This document shows, one piece after another, positions 9,786-18,434 of a stretch of DNA of 52,895 bases. Both the position numbers and the translations under genes were made by a program. Numbering within the stretch: the first letter of the stretch is position 1; the number at the start of each line of letters is the position of its first letter. The notes beneath the pieces were generated by a model, which worked only from the letters and a program-made list of their open reading frames with translations, was not told where the DNA came from and searched no databases. This stretch comes from an uncultured Tepidimonas sp. (lineage in GTDB: Bacteria > Pseudomonadota > Gammaproteobacteria > Burkholderiales > Burkholderiaceae_C): positions 1 through 52,895 of the forward strand of contig CAZEZY010000001.1 in NCBI GenBank assembly GCA_964516635.1, written 5' to 3'.

Positions 9786-11096
9786 ATGGCCCAGGAACAC
9801 CCGTACGGCTTTGGCACACTGGCCATCCATGCCGGCGCCATTCCCGACCCTGTCACCGGCGCGCGCGCCACACCCATCCACCAGACCACCAGTTTTGTGT
9901 TTGACAGCGCCGAGCACGCTGCCAGCCTCTTCAACCTGCAGACCTTTGGCAATGTGTACAGCCGCATCGGCAACCCCACGGTGTCGGTGCTGGAAGAGCG
10001 AGTGGCGGCATTGGAGGGAGGGCGAGCCGCTCTGGCCTGTGCCAGCGGCATGGCCGCGCAGATGACGGCGCTGCTGGCCATCCTGAAGGCGGGCGATCAC
10101 ATCGTAGCCGCCTCCACCCTTTACGGTGGCACCGTGGGGCAGTTGGGCGTGGGGTTTGAGCGACTCGGCATCACCACCACTTTCGTGGACCCGACCGACC
10201 CCGACCACTTCCGCCGCGCCATGCGGCCAAACACCCGCGCGGTCTATGGGGAAACCATCGGCAACCCGCTGGTGAATGTGCTGGACATCGCGGCGATTGC
10301 GCAGGTGGCGCACGACCATGGCGTGCCGCTGGTGATCGACAACACCGTGGCCACGCCCTGGCTTTGCCGCCCTTTCGAGCACGGCGCCGACATCGTGGTG
10401 CACAGTGCCACCAAGTACTTTGGCGGACATGGCACCACCATGGCAGGCGTGGTGGTGGAATCGGGCCGGTTCGACTGGGGCAACGGGAATTTTCCCGACA
10501 TGGTCGAGCCCAGCCGCGCCTACCACGGCGTGAAGTTCTACGAGACCTTTGGCGACTTCGGCTACACCATGAAAGCGCGCATGGAGGTGAACCGCACCTT
10601 TGGCGCGGTGCTGTCGCCCATGAACGCATGGCTGATTTTGCAAGGCATTGAAACCCTGCACCTGCGCATGCAGGCGCACTGCCGCAATGCCCGCCGTGTG
10701 GCCGAATGCCTGCGTGATCACCCGCTGGTGGCCTGGGTCAACTACCCCGGGCTGGCCGACTCGCCCTATCACGCACTGGCAGCCAAGCAGTTCCGTCAGG
10801 TGGACGGACTGCCCGGGGGTTCGGGCATCCTCACCTTCGGCATCCGCGCCGACGACCCGGCCAAGGCCGGCGAACGCTTCATCGACGCCTGTGAATTCCT
10901 CAGCCACCTGGCCAATATCGGTGACGCGAAAACGCTCGTGATCCACCCCGCTTCCACCACCCACCGGCAGCTGAACGAGGATGAGCTCAAGAAAGCCGGC
11001 GTCGGCCCCGACATGATCCGGCTGAGCGTGGGGATTGAAGAAGTGGACGACATCCTCTGGGACCTGGACCAGGCACTTCGCAAGGCCGTGGGCTGA
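9786..11096 (+). CDS. metY: O-acetylhomoserine aminocarboxypropyltransferase (sulfhydrylase)
   Basis: Track ORF 9579..11096 trimmed to ATG 9786 ([17 protein letters not shown]). Cys/Met-metabolism PLP family with an [14 protein letters not shown]-lysine motif. 436 aa. Confidence 0.9.
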   Translation: MAQEHPYGFGTLAIHAGAIPDPVTGARATPIHQTTSFVFDSAEHAASLFNLQTFGNVYSRIGNPTVSVLEERVAALEGGRAALACASGMAAQMTALLAILKAGDHIVAASTLYGGTVGQLGVGFERLGITTTFVDPTDPDHFRRAMRPNTRAVYGETIGNPLVNVLDIAAIAQVAHDHGVPLVIDNTVATPWLCRPFEHGADIVVHSATKYFGGHGTTMAGVVVESGRFDWGNGNFPDMVEPSRAYHGVKFYETFGDFGYTMKARMEVNRTFGAVLSPMNAWLILQGIETLHLRMQAHCRNARRVAECLRDHPLVAWVNYPGLADSPYHALAAKQFRQVDGLPGGSGILTFGIRADDPAKAGERFIDACEFLSHLANIGDAKTLVIHPASTTHRQLNEDELKKAGVGPDMIRLSVGIEEVDDILWDLDQALRKAVG

Positions 11097-11127
11097 AGGC
11101 CAGGCCAGCCTGCGACAATGCAGGGTT

Positions 11128-12249
11128 ATGAGCACGACCTTCGCCCCCCTGCAAAACGACACCTTTCTCAGGGCCTGCCTGCGCCAGGCCACCGAGCACA
11201 CCCCCGTCTGGCTGATGCGCCAGGCTGGCCGCTACCTGCCCGAGTACCGCGCGACCCGCGCCAGAGCGGGCAGCTTCATGGGCCTGGCCACCAACGTGGA
11301 CTACGCCACCGAGGTGACGCTTCAACCCCTGGAGCGTTACGATCTGGATGCGGCCATTCTGTTCAGCGACATCCTGACCGTGCCCGACGCCATGGGCCTG
11401 GGCCTGAGCTTTGCGCTGGGCGAAGGGCCCAAGTTCGCCCAAACCGTGCGCACCGAAGCCGACGTGGCCCAGCTGGCCGTGCCCGACATGAACAAGCTGC
11501 GCTATGTGTTTGACGCCGTCACCTCGATTCGAAAAGCACTCAATGGCCGGGTGCCGCTGATCGGTTTTTCAGGCAGCCCCTGGACGCTGGCCTGCTACAT
11601 GGTGGAGGGTGGCGGCAGCGACGACTACCGGCTGGTCAAAACCCTGATGTACCAGCGCCCCGACCTGATGCACCGGGTGCTGGAAATCAACGCCGACGCC
11701 GTGGCGCTGTACCTGCGTACGCAGATCGAAGCGGGCGCGCAGGCCGTGATGGTGTTCGACAGCTGGGGCGGCGTCCTGGCCGATGGCAACTTTCAGCAGT
11801 TCAGCCTGGCTTACACGAAGCGCGTGCTGGACCAGTTGCCCAAGTCATTCAACGGCCAGCGCATCCCGCGCATCGTGTTCACCAAGGGCGGCGGGCTCTG
11901 GCTGGACGACATGAACACGCTGGACTGCGACGTGCTGGGTCTGGACTGGACGGTGAACCTGACCCGGGCCCGCGCCCGGGTGGGTGGCGAAACCGGCGGC
12001 CCCGGAAAAGCGCTACAGGGGAATCTGGATCCCAATGTGCTGTTTGCTCAACCCGATCAAGTCGCCCAGGAAGCCATCAAAGTGCTCGAAAGTTTCGGCC
12101 AACCACACATCGACCGCCTGTCTCAAGGCCCCACTCACATCTTCAACCTGGGGCATGGCATCAGTCAACACACCCCGCCTGAGCATGTGAAAGTGCTGGT
12201 CGACACGGTACACGCACACTCCCGCCGGATGCGTGGCGCAGTGGCCTGA
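11128..12249 (+). CDS. hemE: uroporphyrinogen decarboxylase
   Basis: Track ORF 11035..12249 trimmed to ATG 11128. [15 protein letters not shown] and AAILFSDIL are HemE signature motifs. Confidence 0.93.
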   Translation: MSTTFAPLQNDTFLRACLRQATEHTPVWLMRQAGRYLPEYRATRARAGSFMGLATNVDYATEVTLQPLERYDLDAAILFSDILTVPDAMGLGLSFALGEGPKFAQTVRTEADVAQLAVPDMNKLRYVFDAVTSIRKALNGRVPLIGFSGSPWTLACYMVEGGGSDDYRLVKTLMYQRPDLMHRVLEINADAVALYLRTQIEAGAQAVMVFDSWGGVLADGNFQQFSLAYTKRVLDQLPKSFNGQRIPRIVFTKGGGLWLDDMNTLDCDVLGLDWTVNLTRARARVGGETGGPGKALQGNLDPNVLFAQPDQVAQEAIKVLESFGQPHIDRLSQGPTHIFNLGHGISQHTPPEHVKVLVDTVHAHSRRMRGAVA

Positions 12250-12337
12250 GCTGGCATCCGGACCGCACGGATGCGCACCGATTCAGGGCCATGAAACTAG
12301 CACAAAAATGGGGCTGACATCGTGCGTCGCACCGAGC

Positions 12338-12346
12338 TTATGCACA
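12338..12346 (+). promoter_or_regulatory. DnaA-box-like 9-mer TTATGCACA (fits TTATNCACA)
   Basis: Read directly from the AT-rich hemE-priA spacer. Function untested. Confidence 0.35.
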
Positions 12347-12524
12347 AAAACTTGTGTGCGGCGCAACATCTTTACAAGTCTGGCATTTTGAATGACAGAT
12401 TGCTCATAAAGAACCTAAGTTGTTGATTTCATTGAACAAGGTCAGATGCATATTTTCTAGGCACTCTAGCGAAAGCCTTGATTTTCAAGGCCTTGCGAAG
12501 TGGATTCAACAACTATCAACAAAG

Positions 12525-12533
12525 TTATCCACA
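12525..12533 (+). promoter_or_regulatory. perfect consensus DnaA box TTATCCACA
   Basis: Read directly; 63 nt upstream of the priA start. An IHF-consensus match (AATCAATGACTTA, WATCAANNNNTTR) lies at 12566..12578. Confidence 0.4.
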
Positions 12534-12595
12534 GAAAATCTGAGCAACTGCGAGAAGCTCTGACGAATCAATGACTTACCGGTTTTTCCACCAAA

Positions 12596-14722
12596 ATGAC
12601 TGAGCTTTTGCGCCCAAGTTCAGTGAGATGGCTGGATGTGGTGATCACCACTCCCGCACACAGCGGACTGGGTGACAGCCTCTCCTACTGGTGTGAACAA
12701 TCACTCGCTCCCGGCACGCTGGTCCGCGTACCGCTGGGGACACGTGAAACGATCGGGATTGTCTGGGCCTCCCATGAAAAGCCTCCTGCAGACCTGTTAC
12801 CCGAGCAGACCCGACCCATTCTGGGATCGCTGGATGCCCTGCCTCCGCTGAACGACCGGTGGCGAAAGTTGATGGCTTTTACCGCCGGGTATTACCAGCG
12901 TGCACTGGGCGAGGTGTCACTGGCGGCCCTGCCTCCAGCCATTCGGGAACTGTCTGCGGTTCAGTTGCAGCGTCGTATGCGAAAGGTACTGCAACCAACC
13001 GAGGCCATGTCCACCGTGTCTGACACACCATCGCCTGACCCGATACCACGACTCAGCCCCGAGCAAAAAGAGGTGATTGCACGGCTTCAAGGGGTCAGCC
13101 AGCCGGTGCTGCTGTTTGGGGCCACCGGGAGCGGAAAAACCGAGGTCTACCTGCGCACCGCCCAGACACTCCTCGAAGAAGACCCGGAGGCCCAGGTGCT
13201 GGTGATGGTCCCCGAGATCAATCTGACGCCTCAACTGGAGGCACGATTCATCGAACGCTTTCACCAAACCAGGGTGGTGACACTGCACAGCGGACTGACG
13301 CCCGCTCAGCGACTCAGAAACTGGCTGGCCGCCCACATCGGACAGGCGCGCATCGTTCTGGGCACGCGGATGGCGATCTTCGCCAGCCTGCCCAGACTGC
13401 GGCTCATTGTCGTCGACGAAGAGCACGATCCGAGTTACAAAAGCCAGGAGGGGGCTCGCTTCTCGGCTCGAGACCTGGCGGTTTTCCGAGCCAGACTGGA
13501 ATCCGGCCATGCACCCTGTCAGGTCATTCTGGGCTCGGCGACCCCATCACTGGAAAGCTGGCACGCCGCGAATCAAGGGCGATACCTGCGACTGGAAATG
13601 CCCGCTCGTATCGGTGGTGGCGGATGGCCTCGCCTTCGACTCGTTGACCTCAATCAGCAGCCCAGACACACCGTCATCGCACCCGCCTTGCTGGAGGCCA
13701 TGGCCGAGCGAGCGGCTCGTGGGGAGCAAAGCCTGGTGCTGCTGAATCGCCGCGGCTATGCCCCGGTATTGGCCTGTGAGGACTGCGGCTGGAAAAGCGA
13801 TTGCCCGCACTGCAGTGCTCATGCCGTGTTCCACAAGATCGACCGAACCCTTCGTTGCCACCATTGCGGTCACACCACCCGGGTACCCAAAGCCTGCCCG
13901 GCGTGCGGGAACCTGGACATCAAACCCCTGGGCAGAGGCACGGAGCAGATCGAGGAGCAGCTTGCCGGACTGCTGGCCCATGCCCACCGGCCCGATGGCC
14001 AACCCTTGCGTGTCGCCCGACTGGACGCCGACACCACTCGGGTCAAGGGCGCCCTGGAAAGCCGGCTGGCCGACATGCACGCCGGTGAGGTGGATGTGCT
14101 GGTTGGCACCCAGATGGTGGCCAAAGGCCATGACTTCCGGCGCATCACCCTGGTCGCCAGCCTGAACACAGACAGCGCCCTCTTCGCCAGTGACTACAGG
14201 GCGCCAGAGCGACTTTTCTCCCTCTTGATGCAGGCCGCTGGCCGGGCGGGACGGGATGCGGAATTTGTCTCCGCTCAAGGCACCGAAGTGGCGTTGTGGA
14301 TCCAGACCTGGTATCCGCAGCACCCCCTCTTTGCCGCCCTGGCAAAGCATGACTATCCGGGATTTGCCACCAGTCAGCTGGAAGAACGGGCCTCGGCAGA
14401 GATGCCACCCTTCGGTTTTCAGGCGCTCGTCCGGGCTGAGGCCCGTACGCAGGAAGCCGCACAGGCGTGGCTCAGACTGGCCGCTCAATCGGCCGATGGA
14501 CTCATCGGACACAACCATCTCACGGTCTATCCGCCGGTCCCCATGGCGGTTCAACGGGTAGCGAACATCGAAAGGGCGCAAATGCTGATCGAAAGCCCTT
14601 CGCGGCCTGCTCTGCAGGCCTTCATGGCTGCCTGGCAACCCATGCTGCAGGGATTGCGAAGCCACCCTGAAACCAGAGGCCTCATCCGGTGGGCGATCGA
14701 TGTGGATCCGCTGACCCTTTGA
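12596..14722 (+). CDS. priA: primosomal replication-restart helicase PriA
   Basis: 708 aa. Walker A GATGSGKTEVY, a DEEH box, and the Cys-rich zinc insertion (CEDCGW..CPHCS...CHHCG...CPACG). Confidence 0.93.
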   Translation: MTELLRPSSVRWLDVVITTPAHSGLGDSLSYWCEQSLAPGTLVRVPLGTRETIGIVWASHEKPPADLLPEQTRPILGSLDALPPLNDRWRKLMAFTAGYYQRALGEVSLAALPPAIRELSAVQLQRRMRKVLQPTEAMSTVSDTPSPDPIPRLSPEQKEVIARLQGVSQPVLLFGATGSGKTEVYLRTAQTLLEEDPEAQVLVMVPEINLTPQLEARFIERFHQTRVVTLHSGLTPAQRLRNWLAAHIGQARIVLGTRMAIFASLPRLRLIVVDEEHDPSYKSQEGARFSARDLAVFRARLESGHAPCQVILGSATPSLESWHAANQGRYLRLEMPARIGGGGWPRLRLVDLNQQPRHTVIAPALLEAMAERAARGEQSLVLLNRRGYAPVLACEDCGWKSDCPHCSAHAVFHKIDRTLRCHHCGHTTRVPKACPACGNLDIKPLGRGTEQIEEQLAGLLAHAHRPDGQPLRVARLDADTTRVKGALESRLADMHAGEVDVLVGTQMVAKGHDFRRITLVASLNTDSALFASDYRAPERLFSLLMQAAGRAGRDAEFVSAQGTEVALWIQTWYPQHPLFAALAKHDYPGFATSQLEERASAEMPPFGFQALVRAEARTQEAAQAWLRLAAQSADGLIGHNHLTVYPPVPMAVQRVANIERAQMLIESPSRPALQAFMAAWQPMLQGLRSHPETRGLIRWAIDVDPLTL

Positions 14723-14729
14723 AATCCGG

Positions 14730-15710
14730 TCAGGCGACCAGCAAGGCCACGGCGCCTGAAAAAGTGAGGAAAGCCAGCGCCGTGGACACCAGGATGATCC
14801 TGGCGATTCGCCCGTTGTCGGCACCAAAGCGTTCGGCCAGCAAGGACACATTGCTGGCACTCGGCAAGGCGGCCACCAGCACCATCACGGTCAGGGCAAA
14901 GGGAGAGAGCTTCAACCCCATCTGGATGGCCACGGAACCCACCAGCAGAACCAGTAACGGGTGCAGCAGCAACTTCATCATGGCCACCGGCACGTAATCG
15001 CTCCAGGGCATGGGGTGGTCTGACTGCATCTGCGACCGCGCCAGAACCGCGCCAATGGTGAAGAGAGCCACGGGGGATGCCGCATCGGCGAGGAGCCAGA
15101 CCGTCTTTTCAATCGGCCCTGGCAGGGAAAATTCCAGCGATGATGCAATCGCGCCCAGGATGATGGCCCAGGGCATGGGGTTGCTGAGCACACCCTTGAG
15201 TGCCTTGCCGGCAGCCGCCCAGGGTCCGCCCTCGCCCTGATCCATCCGAGACAGGGCAATGCACAGCGAACTGGTGAGCAGCATATCGACCACAATCACG
15301 ACGATGATGGGGCCCACGCTTTGCGGCCCCAGCAAGGCAGCCAGCAACGGCACGCCCATGAAACCCGTGTTCGGAAACGCCGCCACCAGCGCCCCCATGG
15401 ACGCATCGTTCCAGCGAATCCGCTGACTGAAGGTCATGACCAGTGCGAACCCCACCATCACCAGGGCGCAAAGGGCATACACACCGGCAACCGCCACGTC
15501 CAGCAACTGAGCGATCGGCGTGGTGGAGCCAAATCGGTACAGCATGGCCGGCAGGGCAAAGTACAGCACAAAGCTGTTCAGGCCGGGTATGGCATCCAGA
15601 GGCAGCAGCCGCTGGCGTGCCGCCACAAAGCCTGCGAGCACCAGCGCGAAAAAGGGAAACGTGACGAGCAGTACGGTAAGCACGGGCTGGATTGTCGCAG
15701 GACTTGGCAT
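14730..15710 (-). CDS. AEC (auxin efflux carrier) family transporter
   Basis: 326 aa with about 10 TM helices. The N-terminal FPFFALVLAGFVAAR motif is typical of AEC permeases. Confidence 0.8.
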   Translation of the reverse strand: MPSPATIQPVLTVLLVTFPFFALVLAGFVAARQRLLPLDAIPGLNSFVLYFALPAMLYRFGSTTPIAQLLDVAVAGVYALCALVMVGFALVMTFSQRIRWNDASMGALVAAFPNTGFMGVPLLAALLGPQSVGPIIVVIVVDMLLTSSLCIALSRMDQGEGGPWAAAGKALKGVLSNPMPWAIILGAIASSLEFSLPGPIEKTVWLLADAASPVALFTIGAVLARSQMQSDHPMPWSDYVPVAMMKLLLHPLLVLLVGSVAIQMGLKLSPFALTVMVLVAALPSASNVSLLAERFGADNGRIARIILVSTALAFLTFSGAVALLVA

Positions 15711-15757
15711 CCCAGCCCGCCCGTTATGATCGGCTGCTTTGTCTGAGCCTTCTTGCC

Positions 15758-17824
15758 ATGTCTGCTGGCCTGAACATCGCCCAACTCGATGCCGTGAATC
15801 ATCTGTCTGGCCCCTGCCTGGTGCTGGCCGGCGCAGGTTCGGGGAAAACCCGCGTCATCACCCACAAGATCGCCCGTCTCATCCAGGCCGGGCTCGCGGC
15901 CAACCGGATCGCTGCGATCACCTTCACCAACAAGGCCGCCGCCGAAATGCGCGAACGCGCCCGACAACTGGTGGGCAAGCCCGCCAAGGACGTGGTGATC
16001 TGCACCTTCCACTCCCTGGGCGTGCGGCTGTTGCGCGAAGACGGATCCTACATGGGCCTCAAGCAGCAGTTTTCGATTCTCGACACCGACGACATCACCT
16101 CCATCCTGAAGGATTGTGGCGGCACCACCGACGCGGCCACCGCCCGCCAGTGGCAGTGGACCATCAGCGGCTGGAAGGGCGCCGGCCTGAACGCCGAACA
16201 AGCCCTGGCGCAGGCTAGGGACGAAGACGAGCGGATGATCGCGTTGCTCATGGCCAAGTACCAGGAACGCCTGGCCGCCTACCAGAGCGTGGACTTTGAC
16301 GACCTGATCGGCCTGCCGCTGAAGTTGTTGCAGCAACATCCCGAGGCGCGCGACAAGTGGCAGAAAAAGCTGGGGCACGTGCTGGTGGACGAATACCAGG
16401 ACACCAACGCCACCCAGTATGAATTGTTGAAACTGCTGGTCGGCGAACGAGGTCGCTTCACCGCCGTGGGCGACGACGACCAGTCGATCTACGGCTGGCG
16501 CGGCGCCACCCTGGACAACCTCAAGAAGCTGCCCCAGGACTTTCCCGCGCTCAAGGTCATCAAGCTGGAGCAGAATTACCGCTCCACCAGCGCCATCCTG
16601 CGGGCGGCCAACCACGTCATCGGCCCCAACCCCAAGCTGTTCCCCAAGACGCTGTGGAGCGAACTGGGCGAAGGCGAGCCGGTGCGGGTACAGGCCTGCG
16701 ACCACGAGGACCACGAGGCCGAGCGAGCGGTGGCACGCATCCAGAGCCTCCGCGCCGGTTCGGCCGCGGCCGGCAGCACCGGCGCCAGGCACAAGGCGTT
16801 CAAGGACTTCGCCATCCTGTACCGTGCCAACCACCAGGCCCGTGCGCTGGAAACCGCATTGCGCAAGGCGCAGATCCCGTACAAGGTCTCGGGGGGCACC
16901 AGCTTTTTCGACCGCGCCGAGATCAAGGACCTCTGCGCGTGGCTGCGCCTGATCGTCAACCACGACGACGATCCGGCTTTTTTGCGCGCCATCACCACGC
17001 CCAGGCGCGGCATCGGCCACCAGACGCTGTCACAACTCGGCGCCTTTGCCACGCAGTACAAGGTCAGCCTGTTCGAGGCGCTGTTCTCCCACTCGCTGCA
17101 GGCCGCGCTGCCCGCGCGCGCAGTGCACGGTCTGCACGAGTTCGGCCGCACCCTCAACGACCTGGAGCACCGCGCCCGGCGCACCATCGGCCACGAAGCG
17201 GCCAAATCGTTCCTGGACGACTGGCTCAAGACCATCGGCTACGAGCAGTACCTGCTCGACAGCGAAGACAGCGACAAGGTCGCTGCCGCGCGCTGGGGCA
17301 ATGTGATCGACTTCTGCGACTGGGTGGCGCAGCGCTGCGGCGGCCAGATCGACGACACCGGAGGCCTGACCACCGAGCGGGCGCCCAAGACCCTGCTGGA
17401 AGTCGCGCAGACCATCGCCCTCATGGCCACGATTTCCGAACGTCAACAGGACCAGGACGTGGTGACGCTGTCCACACTGCATGCCGCCAAGGGGCTGGAA
17501 TGGCCGCACGTGGTTCTTGCAGGCGTCAACGAGGGGCTCCTGCCCTTTCAGCGCGACGACAGCCTGAACGGCGAGGCCCAGAGCAGGCTGATCGAGGAAG
17601 AGCGCCGGCTCATGTACGTGGGCATCACCCGCGCACAGCATACGCTGGTGGTGAGCTGGCTCAAGCGGCGCAAGAAGGGCCGTGAAATGGTGCCCGGCCA
17701 GCCCAGCCGGTTCATCGCAGAAATGGCCCTGGATCAAGCCACCGCGAAAGAAGACCCCCGCGAACGCCTCCGCGCCTTGAGGGAAGAATTTGCCCGGCGT
17801 TCGGCAACCAGCAGCCCGACCTGA
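15758..17824 (+). CDS. rep: ATP-dependent DNA helicase Rep (UvrD/Rep superfamily 1)
   Basis: Track ORF 15692..17824 trimmed to ATG 15758, which removes the overlap with the convergent transporter. GPCLVLAGAGSGKTRVITHKIARLI closely resembles E. coli Rep. Also has DEYQDTN, YRS, and LSTLHAAKGLEW. Confidence 0.9.
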   Translation: MSAGLNIAQLDAVNHLSGPCLVLAGAGSGKTRVITHKIARLIQAGLAANRIAAITFTNKAAAEMRERARQLVGKPAKDVVICTFHSLGVRLLREDGSYMGLKQQFSILDTDDITSILKDCGGTTDAATARQWQWTISGWKGAGLNAEQALAQARDEDERMIALLMAKYQERLAAYQSVDFDDLIGLPLKLLQQHPEARDKWQKKLGHVLVDEYQDTNATQYELLKLLVGERGRFTAVGDDDQSIYGWRGATLDNLKKLPQDFPALKVIKLEQNYRSTSAILRAANHVIGPNPKLFPKTLWSELGEGEPVRVQACDHEDHEAERAVARIQSLRAGSAAAGSTGARHKAFKDFAILYRANHQARALETALRKAQIPYKVSGGTSFFDRAEIKDLCAWLRLIVNHDDDPAFLRAITTPRRGIGHQTLSQLGAFATQYKVSLFEALFSHSLQAALPARAVHGLHEFGRTLNDLEHRARRTIGHEAAKSFLDDWLKTIGYEQYLLDSEDSDKVAAARWGNVIDFCDWVAQRCGGQIDDTGGLTTERAPKTLLEVAQTIALMATISERQQDQDVVTLSTLHAAKGLEWPHVVLAGVNEGLLPFQRDDSLNGEAQSRLIEEERRLMYVGITRAQHTLVVSWLKRRKKGREMVPGQPSRFIAEMALDQATAKEDPRERLRALREEFARRSATSSPT

Positions 17825-17910
17825 ATCGTGACCCCGCCCGATCGCCAGGCTGGGCGCACACCGTGGATTCGACTACCATGCAGACCATTTCATCCTCTCG
17901 GCTGATGACC

Positions 17911-18420
17911 ATGCGATTTCAGATAAGCAGGCGTGTCTTCACCCTTCTTCTGTCATGCGGCCTACCCGCGGGCTCCCTCTGGGCACTCGACCCTCCCCAA
18001 GCGAACCCAGTGCTCACGGTCACGGGCAAACTGGGCGTCACCAACCAGGGCGCAAGCGCCAGATGGGACATGGCGATGCTGGAGGCGCTGCCTCAAACCT
18101 CATTCAGGACCTCGACGCCCTGGTACAACGAGCCGGTGACATTCAGTGGACCGCTTCTCCGCGACGTGCTGACTGCGCTGAAAGCCAACGGTACCGAAAT
18201 CAGGGCAACGGCACTCAATGACTACCGGATCACCATCCCGTTTTCCGATACCCAGCGATTTGACATGATCGTGGCCACCCGGATGAACGGTCAGCACATG
18301 CCCGTACGCAACAAGGGCCCCTTGTTCATCGTGTATCCCTTTGACAGCCAACCTGAACTCCGCCGGGCGACCTACTACGAGCGATCCATCTGGCAGTTGA
18401 AGGCACTGACCATCGAATAA
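17911..18420 (+). CDS. exported protein resembling the molybdopterin-oxidoreductase (sulfite-oxidase/YedY) substrate domain
   Basis: Track ORF 17863..18420; start probably ATG 17911 (MRFQISRRVFTLLLSCG, a signal or lipobox). The pattern LTVTGKL....W....LEALPQ......TPW......FSGPLLRDVL....A.DY...IP.......IVA..MNG..M....KGPLFIVYP matches the short Oxidored_molyb-like proteins. No Cys after the signal peptide. Confidence 0.55.
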   Translation: MRFQISRRVFTLLLSCGLPAGSLWALDPPQANPVLTVTGKLGVTNQGASARWDMAMLEALPQTSFRTSTPWYNEPVTFSGPLLRDVLTALKANGTEIRATALNDYRITIPFSDTQRFDMIVATRMNGQHMPVRNKGPLFIVYPFDSQPELRRATYYERSIWQLKALTIE

Positions 18421-18434
18421 GCCCTTCGCGAGCC

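Noticed and set aside
12310-12593. tmRNA-like termini in the hemE-priA spacer: GGGGCTGA at 12310..12317 and TCCACCA at 12587..12593.
   Set aside because: The 3-prime arm (GGTTTTTCCACCA) cannot pair with GGGGCUG to form an acceptor stem. There is no GGTTCRA T-loop with a flanking stem and no tag reading frame ending in ALAA-stop. The region is AT-rich and only 284 nt, unlike GC-rich betaproteobacterial ssrA. This is most likely coincidence.
12250-12595. Chromosomal replication origin (oriC) adjacent to hemE, as in alpha-proteobacteria.
   Set aside because: There are only two DnaA boxes and no obvious tandem AT-rich 13-mer unwinding repeats. Gene orientation argues against it: almost all genes to the left (uup to hemE) are on the plus strand, which is head-on for a leftward fork. 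The strongly expressed ribosomal cluster at the right end is on the minus strand, implying that replication passes through the window in a single direction. It is kept only as a DnaA-box regulatory candidate.
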